From: Octopus vulgaris
Lineage: Eukaryota
Length of the DNA: 64,000 nucleotides
Reading direction: 5' to 3'
NCBI GenBank assembly: GCA_951406725.2
Contig: OX597823.1
Coordinates: 36,766,001-36,830,000 of the forward strand
The notes beneath the pieces are model-generated. The model searched no databases. It saw nothing but the letters and a program-made list of their open reading frames with translations, and was not told where the DNA came from. The translations under genes were made by a program, and so were the position numbers. Of the stretch, positions 43,025 through 54,757 are shown piece after piece. Each line of letters starts with the position of its first letter. Position 1 is the first letter of the stretch.

Positions 43025-46000
43025 TATTTATTTTCCCTCTTTTTCTCTCCTATTTCTCTGTCATTTCTATTGTTCTCTGAAATGATAGCCTTTTACTTTC
43101 TCTGGTGACTTTTCATTTCTATTTCACCATTTTTGGGAATATGTTTAAATATATTCATTGCATTACTTTATATAGTAATCTTTGCTAACATCATCATTGT
43201 TATTGTGAGGGGGGATGTTCATTTGGATTGTACATTTGAAATGTAAACTTAATTCATGCACATTGCACATGCATCCACAGATGCATTCTAAGTAAAATTG
43301 TTGACCATATTCTCTGGAAAATTATCAAAAATTATAATAAACAGCATTTCTAAATATAACTTATATTTAAACATAGGGAATGCTTTTAATATCTTGCTTT
43401 CCCCCCCCCCCCATTTAATATAAACTTTCTGACATCAATTGTTAGAAAAGTTAAACTAACAGCACACTTTTCTAAAAGCTAACCATGGAATTCAGTCCAG
43501 TACCCTTTATACTACATGACCCAGTGCCTATTCTAGAAATTATTAAGTAAAGAACCAGTGTATTTTCCATACTCTTTGAGAAAATGTTTATGCCCTACTA
43601 TTCTGTATAGTGTCCATGATGAAAAAAAAGAAAGTGGGCATCAAACTTTTGAGATGAAAGTTCACTGAACAATTGACTCATTGACACTGCGTTGTAGATT
43701 TGTTTCTAGCTAAGTCTGTTAGTTCTAAGTAGTTAGTGTAACTTGTATTCTTTTATGGAATTGACATCTTGTTAGAATATAATGCTGGTTGGAAAGAAAC
43801 CCCAGGCCATCATCTACCATCTTATTCAGATAGATTTGTGTCCCTTAATACTAAAGAATGGAGCAGTGTGAAATGAAGCATTTTGCTCAGGAGACCTAAC
43901 TCCGTGAATGAAAGGGACTATCTTTTGATTGAAAAGGGTTCATCTTTTTGAAATCTTTAGATAAGTACTTATATCCAACTCTTAACCACCTCTTGTTCAC
44001 ACGCATTTTTAAAAAGATGATTCTTACATCCTTTTATTCAAATCCTATTTTGCAGTGTTTAATAATTTTCCAAAATGAAATGCAATGTCATATCTTGTTA
44101 ATTAATTATCTGATTGCAACTGATGAGTCATGTGACAATAATTCCTATACTTAGCTTTTGTTTACATTTTCGTTTTTGCAATATTGTTTTATTGATCTCT
44201 ACATAAAACTTAACTATAAATACTCATTAATTCTTTCATTTCTTCATCAGTGATTCATTCAATCATTCTGTCTCACCAGAATCTGATTTTAGCAAAGAAC
44301 TTAATTTGGTGTCCCAACACTGAAGTCATCTTCCCTTCTGACCCCCACCTCTCTGCATCTTTTGCTCTTTGTCTTTCACTCTCTTTCACTTGCTTTCTGC
44401 TGTTAAATCAGTAAGACAGTAACCAGTGCCTTGTCTTCACCAGTTCTTATTTCATGAGGTTGTTGGACTTAATGTTTATCAGTTGATGTAATTTAAATAT
44501 ATCATTTGTAGTATTACACGTATATGTATTATCTGTGAAATTATATGTATATATGTTTTAGTGGCAACCACAGCTACTATAATTAGCATAAGGATTGTTG
44601 CTTGGTTTCTCAGCACTGTATGCCTTATCTTTGTTTGTGATTCTTCATCTACATTGGAAACTTTACATATAGCAACACAGAATTACTAATTTCATATCAT
44701 CCCTGTTGTGAAAGATGTAATATTTAGCTGTGTACTTCTATATAACCATTACTGGTGAATCTATAACCATCTCATCTATATTTATTTCACCTCCAATTTA
44801 CAAATGAAATTGTCCACTTGGTCATTTTATTTATTCATTAAATTTTAGTAATTTTTCTGATTAGTTGGAACCATTGTGGCATGGTAAATCATATCAAAAC
44901 ATTTGGTGACAGTGTGTAATGGAAATATTCTGGAACAGCAGTGTGAAGAGTTTTTAAAAAGTCTGAAGCAGTTTTCCTACTGAGATGGGGAGATGATACT
45001 TAGCAGGGTGTACTTCTTTCCTTTCTGCTAAGCCTAACAACATTTTCTGTTATTAAAACAAGGCTTTTCTTCAACTTGTTGCAGTTATTTTCTTAGTTGA
45101 CTTGCTGTAACTACAATGACATTCCAGTTGTCAACTAACCACATTTTGATATTGAAATTAATTTGAAAGACCTAGGGAAATTCCTTTCTTTATTCGAAAT
45201 CTTTGGTTTAGAAAAAATTATTTAGAACAATGTGGGTGGGTCTTCCTACAAGTTAGGGCATGGAGTTTCTTCTTGGAAACAACTTTAAACCTTTAGTAAT
45301 TTAGAAAATACAGTGACAATTTTCAAAAGATGTTACTAAACTTTTAACCCTTTTGATACCAACCTGCTTGGTACTGCCACATGCTCTATGTTATGGAGTT
45401 CCTGTTTTAAACTGATCTAAATTAAAATTTATCATCAAAATTTCATGTTAATTTATGTTCCAGTGACAAAGATATTTTACAAGGGGTACTCAAAAGAAAC
45501 CGGAATTTTGCAATATTGTTTTATTCACTTTTACATATTTACACTTTTATTGCTGTCAAAGTATTCTCTAGTTGAAGCAATGCATTGGTCCAAATGTGTT
45601 TGCCACTGTTTGAAGTAGTCTTGAAACTCTTTTGAAGTGATGCCTTTTAACATCTCTGTAATTTTTTCTTCACCTTTTCCGCATCTGCAAAACGTTTTCC
45701 ATTAAGGACTTTTACTTTCAGGGAAACAAAAAAAAAAAGTCGCAGTGAGCAAGATTGGGCGAATAGGGAGGATGGGTAAGCAGGGTCATGCCATTTTTGG
45801 TCAAAAGACTGGCTCACACTCAAGGCAGCATGTACAAGCGCAGTGTCATGATGAAACTATCACTCTCCACTTTGTCACAGGTCGGGGCATTTTCATCTCA
45901 CTGCATCTCACAGATGCTTCAGAATTTCCTAGTAAAATGTCTAGTTAACAGTTTGACCAGGAGGAACAAATTCTGTGTGGAGAATTCCTTTCAAATGATG

Positions 46001-49000
46001 AAACAAATCAGCATCGTCTTGACATTGGACTTCACTTGACATGCTTCTTTGGGGTCATGGTGACATTGAATGCTTCCATTGACTTGATTGCTGCTTCATT
46101 TCTGGGTCGTAGTTGTAGCACCAGCTGATGACCTTCAAAAAAAGGGTTCAGATCAACTTCTAACTGTTCAGTTTATGGCACACATTCAATTGTGACTGCA
46201 TTTGATCTACCATGGCACACCACATGGCAGTATGACCTCACTTGATGCTGCCGGTTGGCAGAGTGATGTCTGAGGGTCACATCAAGTGGCTTCTAGCAGC
46301 AGAAGTCTGAACTACATCCGGTTTGCCCCACAGAGAATGTTTCCTGTTACTTTTAGGTACCCCCTCATATACTTAATTTTTCATTATTTTCAAAATCAGT
46401 TGAACCAAAGACAGTGTATTTCAACAGAAATATGGTAAAAATGTTAATCTCACAACTGGATGGTTTTACCTAGCTTCTGTTTAGAAGAATGATAGAAGTT
46501 ATTTTAATTAGCATCTGTTTCTTTGATCAAACTTAAACTTTCTAGAAGCCTTCAAGAATTGTATTGGAATCGATAAAGAAAGATGAATTGTTTTGATTTC
46601 ATTGTAAATTCCTTATACTGCTGCCATAGTTTTTCCAGTCTATTCTACTACTGGCCACTTGGTCAACTTCAATTTCTCCATGCCTCATATTTTGCTTTTT
46701 TTCTTACTGATATTAAAATTAATCTGATATTAAAATTTTTTTTAAATAAAATTTTAATTTTTCTTGCCTCCATTAATGAACCTAAATGCTAAACAGATTT
46801 TCATTAAAACTTTTTCTTTTAAACATCCAGAAGGTTCTAACCTGTCTATATTCCTTAATTGTGCCTCCCCTGTCACTGCATGCTAATCAAATATTAATAA
46901 CTTCTACTCATTATTTGCACACCTTGCATTAATAATATTTAACGATTTACACCAGTGTATATGCAATTGATATTTTCTTTCTTTCTTTACAATGTTCAAA
47001 TGATTTAAAAGTGTCACTTTTTTGTGCTTTCCATTTACATATATTTATTTTGTTGTTTTCCTCTGCAGAGGGTTTGATCAAGTTTCAGAAAACCAGTGAT
47101 GGTGATGAAGCTGAAGTAAGACTTACCCAGCACTTTGGATGTGAAGAAGAGAGCAATAGTGATGAACCTCTGTCTCCTACACAAGAAGAAGACTCTAATC
47201 TCTCTGATATTGGTAGCCCAGTGTCCAATATTACTGGCACCATAGATTTTGGCATTTTACGTACAAGAACCCCTGGTCAAAACCAGACATCATCTTCCAC
47301 AAAAGCAACTGTAACTATACCACCTGGTCAACCTTATGCAGTTCCTTCTGGGCCCTCTGCTTTAGCAAACCGGCACACAGCTACTACTTCTCGAAATGGT
47401 AATTCCAATAGCGGTCAACACAAATCACGGCCCAAAAAGCCCAAACCAAAAACACAACCTAAAGCTAAAGTTATCAAATTCCATGAATACAAGGGTCCAC
47501 CAAATATTGTGAAAAACATTCAAAATGCAGCACAAAATTTGGCTAATAATTCTGAAACTCCTTACCATATTCTTCTTCAACAACAGCAACTATTTCTTCA
47601 ATGGCAGCTGCAGTTTCAACAGAAAAAGATTTTGTCCAACTCGACTGCGTCCAGCTCTAAAGGGAGTGAAAATCAGGGAACATCTTCTGCCCCTCACAGT
47701 TCCTCTGGCAACATGGTTATGACTGGTTCCACCACATCACCAGCTAATGCAGCCAGCGTCACTGCTTCCACAAGTCAACCAAGTCCATCACCTCCACTGT
47801 TGCAGCAAAGACCGACACCATCACACACTCCACAGCCACAATCAACAAATCCTCACCACCATCATCACCACCACCATCACCATCATCACCATCAACAGCA
47901 GCAGCAGCAGCAACAACAACAAAAACAACAGCAACAAAAGCATCAGCAGATAAGCTTATTATCCCAAAACCAAGCCCATCCATCCTCACTCCCACAAGTG
48001 TCTCCAGCTTCTTCCCCATCACAAAAGACTGTAACTTCCATCACTGCACCAACAACAACCAAATCACTCTCCAATCTAGAAGACATGAAAGTTGCTGATT
48101 TAAGGGCAGAGCTAAAAAAGCGAAACTTGACTGTGTCTGGTTCGAAACCACAATTGATAGAACGCCTTCGTAATTATTTGGAGATTAAGTCCAACAACAC
48201 AAACCCAACAGTAACCAATACTTTACTGGATAGTAATAGTAACCTTTCTCTGCAAGGAGTTCAAGCCCTGATATACTCTCCAGAAGAGTCCATGGTTACA
48301 AATATTACCCCTCCAAGTTCTCCTAATTGTAAAGACAACTCAAACAAGTTATCTACAATCTCTTTCGATAAGATGGAGATATTGTCTAGCAACTTTCTTC
48401 TCCAGAAGAATCATCTTAACAGCAACACCATGAATAGCAACAGTAACAACAACAACAGCAGCAACAATAACAATAGCAGCAGTAGTAGTAGTAATGGTAG
48501 CAGTTCTGTGCCAATGACAGTGGATTCTGTGTCAAGACCACCTTCTGTAGCACCAAATGAAAATGCACCAATGGATGTTGACCAAGGGACTTCTCTTTCA
48601 GCAGAGCTATCTCCCAATGTCAATGGTGGGTCCAAAGCAGTTGGGGTGGTCTCTCCACAACAGCAGCAGCTACCAGTTCAAACTCAAGCTCAACAGAGAA
48701 ATATTCTGGGCCAGGAAGAACTGGTTAAGCAACAACAGAAAACAATTGAAGCTCTTCAGCGCCAGTTGCATGAGTCACAAATGCAATTGCAGTTACAACT
48801 TCAGCAACAACAGTTAAAATTGCAGCAGCAGCAACAACAACAACAACACATCAATGTATTAAAACAACAACCGCCATCGCCTCAACAAGTAATGGCGGTG
48901 CACTCACCACCTCAGGTGGTCAGCGTACAATCTCCACCACAGGTTATGAGTGTTCATTCACCACCTCAGGTAATGGCTCTACATTCTCCTTCTAGCATGA

Positions 49001-50341
49001 TGGCTGTCCAGTCACCACAAATGATGAATGTCCACAGTCCTTCCCAAATTATAAATGTCCAATCTCCAACACAGATTCTCAATGTTCAGTCACCGAGTCA
49101 GGTGATCAACCCACAGTCCCCTCCTCAACATGTCATCACTGCTCAGTCCCCTCCTCAAATTCTAAATGTCATGAACATCACTGCTGCTGACTCCAAAGTG
49201 CCTATGGCTCCTGCCCTCCCTCACACATCGCCATTGCAGGTACAACAATCTCTCAAATCTCTTGGACTAACCCCAATTCCGATCTCAGCTCACTTACTTC
49301 AGACATCATCTCCCAGTGTACAACCAACCCAAAGTCTACCTGCAGTGATTGTGACTACTTCAACTGCCACTACCGATATCAAACCCAACTTTGATGAATT
49401 ATTTGGCAGTCCTCAACCACAGTTGAGTCCTGCCAGTCCTGTTGAGCTGGCTAATCTGGCTTTGAACTATTCCACTTCACCAGCATCTGTATCGCCATTC
49501 CTGATTAGTGTATCAAAAGACAGCTCAAGGGAAGGAAGTCCATCTCCAAAAGGTTTCATAGGTAGTCCCAGGTATAGTAATGTTGTTTTTATTATTCTTA
49601 TTCTTCTTCCTATTATTATATTATGGTGGCAAGCTGCTAGAATTGTTAGTGTTGAAAAAATGCTTTGCAGTATTTGTTCTGACTCTTCATATTTTGAGTT
49701 CAAACCCTGCGTATATCTTTTCCTGAGATTCATTAACGAAAGATATAGACATACATACATGTACAAACATGCTATCCTTAAGATAGCATGTTTTACATTG
49801 TGTCATATATTTCTATAGTGTATATTCATAAGTATACATATGGCATACATGTGAGAAGAATGCTGGCAAGTTATGCAACATGAATGAAGCTCAAGCATCA
49901 ATAAAGGAAAATGTAATGTAGAGCTATAAGATGAAATTTGATTATAGTCAAGAATATGCATTGGTAAAACAATGGAAAATTACTACCTAAATACTACCAG
50001 TAAATTTAAATATATATATATATATATCATCATCATCATTTAACGTCCGCTTACCATGCTAGCATGGGTTGGACGGTTCAACTGGGGTCTGGGGAGCCCG
50101 AAGGCTGCACCAGGCCAGTCAGATCTGGCAGTGTTTCTACAGCTGGATGCCCTTCCTAACGCCAACCACTCCGAGAGTGTAGTGGGTGATTTTATGTGCC
50201 ACCGACACAGGTGCTAGACAAGGCTGGCGAACGGCCACGCTCGGATGGTGTTTTTATGTGCCACCGACACAGGTGCCAGACGAGGCTGGCAGACGGCCAC
50301 GCTCGGATGGTGTTTTTATGTGCCACCGACACAGGTGGCAC

Positions 50342-50374
<33 letters not shown>

Positions 50375-52829
50375 TACTATGATGCATTTTTAATACAGTT
50401 AGGATTCGTCTCAAAACACAATATCATCATCAATACCATTATCCTATTTACCTTTGTGTGTAGTGAAAAATTGAGCCCATCTTGTACTCACGTTATTGTC
50501 AATGAAGTGTGTTCTTTGTCTATACATAGCACACAGTTATATAATTAAATATTGTCGCATGAAAAATGAAAGTGAAGTAGGCTGTTATGTAAATATATAG
50601 TAACAATATAATCTTAGTATTACTTATATTAAAGCAATGGGCATACATACACAAATACGCCCCACCAGCTTTGTTTTCTCATAACTTTCAGGAAAATACA
50701 TATTTTTTAATGAAATTTGCTATAAATACACTTCAGATAGTGTAGATTACAATTATATTGAATTTGTTGGGTGGGGGGGAGAAAATTGGGGGAAAGGTGT
50801 TTCAAAAAATTCCCACAAGTCAGTTTTGTTTCCTTATAACTTTCAACAAACATGCCTTTCAGAGTATGTAAGTTACAGTTATATAGGAATTTCATGTGAC
50901 AAGAAGAATGGTGAGCATACACACACACACACACACACACACACATACTGACACACATCACAATTTTTTTCAAAATTTCAACTCATTTTGTAGATATACA
51001 TGATGTGTATTAGTATATATGTGTGCTATCCCACAAATGTCTTTCATATTAAATTCTGATATAATTGTAGCCTGCACATTCTGAAAGGTATTTGTAGAAA
51101 ATTTCATGAGAAAATAACCATTTTTATGAAAGTTAGGAGGAAACAAAGCCAACTTGTGTAAATTTTCTGAAACTCTTCTCACTACCCTTGCTAAAATATT
51201 TTCACAACAAATTCTTATATTATAAGAGTCTACAAAATGTGCAAAGACTGTAGTCTGGTCATGAACACTTTGTTCTTGTCAGTTACTGTATATCATTTTG
51301 CATGCACTATCAGAAGTCCATAATAAACATATAATTGAAGTATACATACACAAACTTTGTTTCCTCATAACTTCTAGAAAATGGATATTTTTTCATGAAA
51401 TTTCCTACAAATATGCTTCAGATGGTGTAAATTCCCATTATATCTGAATTTGTTGTGGAAAATATTTTTTCAGGAGAGTGAGGAGAGGAACTTCAGAAAA
51501 TTCACACAAGTTGGCTTTGTTTTCACATAGCTTTTGGAAAATTTCTACACCCACCCTTCCAAAGTGTGTAGATTTTGATTATATCAGAATCTGTTTAAAG
51601 AAAAAAATATGTGATGTGTGTCAGTATGTATGTATGCTATAGCACCAATTGTTATTTTCATATCAAATTGTAATCTTTCTGAAGTGTATTTGTAGAATTT
51701 CATTAAAAAATATCCATTTTTTCTGAAAGTTATAGAAGCAAAGTTTTTTGGGTACATATGTGTAGGTATGCTGCAGCTTACTCTGGCCAGTTACTATATA
51801 TCATTGTGCATGCATTACCAGAAGTCCATAGTATTTTTTAAAAATTATGATCGTAGACATACATACATACAGACAGACACACACACACACCTGGGTTCCA
51901 CATGCATGTTGTAGGTGCCTCACACTGTATTGAAACCCAGAATCATTTGATTATAAAATCTAACACTCCGACCACATAACAGTACCTACACCAATCATGT
52001 TATGTATCCCTTTGGTATGTCAATAAACTACATTATTTATTAGTTTTACTACTCTCAGAGAGAAGAGAGCAGCTTTAATGTTTTTTTGTTGTTGTTTTTA
52101 TAGTAATTACCATTATGATTATTATTTGGTGTTTGTTTAATTTCAGTAGCATTAGTATATCTCCTGTCACCTCTACATCAGCAAGCCAGGAGTCAACTAC
52201 TGACAGTACAGTAGCCAGCACAAACTTAACCAATCAACCTGCAGCTAACAACGAAGTTAATCCTGCAACTGGCTCTTTTTTCTCCATCCCAATGAGACAA
52301 CCTCCAAAATATGATGAGGCTGTTAAGAAAAAACATCAACTTTCTCAGGTGAATTTTTTATTATTATTATTATTATTGTTATTATTATTATTATTATCAA
52401 TTAAGGCGGCGAGCTGGCAGAATCGTTAGCATGCTCTCTTTTTACTCTCTACTCTTTTACTTGTTTCAGTCATTTGACTGCGGCCATGCTGGAGCACCGC
52501 CTTTTGTCGAGCATATCGACCCTGGGACTTATTCTTTGTAAGCCCAGTACTTATTCTATCGATCTCTTTTTGCCAAACCGCTAAGTGACGGGGACGTAAA
52601 CACACCAGCATCGGTTGTCAAGCGATGGTGGGGGGACAAACACAGACGGGTGAAATGCTTAATGGTATTTTGCCCATCGCTACATACTGAGTTCAAATTC
52701 CGCTGAGGTTGACTTTATCTTTCATCCTTTCGGGGTTGATAAAATAAGTACCCGTTGAACACTGGGGTCGATGTAATTGACTCATCCCTTCCCCCCAAAT
52801 TACTGCCCTTGTGGCAAAATTTGAAACCA

Positions 52830-52875
<46 letters not shown>

Positions 52876-54173
52876 GGTGGAGAGTTAGCATGAACATTAG
52901 CATACCAGAAAAATTGCTTAGTAGTATTTTTTCTGTCTTTATGTTCTGACTTCAAATTCCATTGAGGTTGACTTCGTCTTTCATCCTTTCAGGGTTTATA
53001 AATTAAGTACTAATTGAGCATCAAAGTCATATAATCATCTAGCACCACTCTCCACAAAATTTCATGCCAGGTACCTATAGTAGAATGGCTTAATATAATT
53101 TTATTCAGGCTTTGTGCCTATTATAGAAAGAAATAATAATTATAATAATAATAATTATTATTATTGTAGGAGGAGGAAAAAATAAAATGCAAATTGAATC
53201 TATTTTTCTTTTATTTAATTGATCTTACTTCAATATTGTTTATTACACCCTACCACTACCCAGTAATTTAAATAGTCTCATCACTGTATGTCTTTCTCTG
53301 TAAAATAGTTGTGAGGTTTGTCTTTCAGTTCATTATACTAATAGCAGACTTAGATAGGATAATGAACAATGTGTCCCCACTATGCAAACTCTATGAAACA
53401 AAGAAACATGTACAGAACTTCATGCACCACGGGCAGTTCTCTGGATATGATCAGAAAGATAGGGTTTGGGTTTACAGGGGAGCTAGAAAGAAGTTAGATA
53501 TGTAATGAAACCAGTGATAACTGCCCTAGATATAGAAGTAAAAACTGGAATAGGATACAAAGAGTTTGTGACAAAGCAAATGGCGTACACGTGTTACAAG
53601 ACCAACAAATATCAAAGCGTGATGTTTGTAGAGGTCACAGCCCATGGAGAACTAGCCCCAAAATTTAGGAAAGCTCTGAAGGAGGCCAAACTCAACCAAA
53701 AAATCATTGAAAAACCAGGGAGCTCCATCAGATCACAACTATGTAGGATGTACCTCTTTGAGAATACCATTGCACCAATGATAACTGCATTAACTGTAGA
53801 ACTAGAAATGTAGTTTACAGCATAAAATGCATAGAGGATGCTTGTAAAGACAAGAACATGATATACATAGGTAAGACATCTAGAAGCATTGCGGAAAGAC
53901 TAAATGAATATTTGAGACAATATCACAACAAAAAAACAGTCCTCCATACTCTACCAACATGCCAAAGACCAACATGGAAGCACTTTGGGTCAACTTGATA
54001 TCCACATTTTATCCAAACACTTGAAGGACCCAACACTCAGACAAATACAAGAGTACATTCTCATAAATGATATATCCCTAGCACTAAATAGGGAATATAT
54101 GTAGAAGATAGTCATACCCCAATACCCACAATTTATATATACATAGGTAGAGTTAGTAGGCTGTTATATAGAC

Positions 54174-54228
<55 letters not shown>

Positions 54229-54696
54229 GGTAAATTGACATCTAAGTAAACAGATAGAAAGGTACATAGTTAATACAGACAGATTAGCACATTAACACAT
54301 GAAGACTGAAACACATGACCATATACACACATGCACATATGGAGACATATCCATACATAACAGATGCACATACATACACACACACACAAACCCATACACA
54401 CACACTCAAACATGCACACACGAGGCCCCAGAGGTACACATAAAAACACACAAACAAACACAAACATGAACACAAAAACATGAATATGCAAAATACATAT
54501 GTACATACAAACGTACACACATGCATACATATATATATGCATACACATGACAGATGCATGTACATAGTCACACAAACCCATACATGTAGACACACTCAAA
54601 CATGCTCACACAAGGAGGCAGAGGTACACCAACAAATACACACATGCAAACATACAAACACACATACATGCAGAATACATACATACACACATGCAT

Positions 54697-54757
<61 letters not shown>

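Noticed and set aside
44120-44140. Hammerhead-like CTGATGA-GTCATGTGAC
   Set aside because: The required GAAA after stem II is AATA, and no stems I or III were found.
49561-49567. Alternative donor ATAG|GTAGTC for the large exon
   Set aside because: It is phase 1 and incompatible with the phase-2 acceptor at 52147.
47011-49818. 935-aa ORF as a single-exon gene
   Set aside because: It starts at a GTG inside a pyrimidine tract and ends in microsatellite/SINE sequence; splice sites and phases show it is an internal MRTF exon.
50191-50340. CRISPR-like array
   Set aside because: The spacers are near-identical, the context is a eukaryotic LINE 3' UTR, and there are no cas genes.
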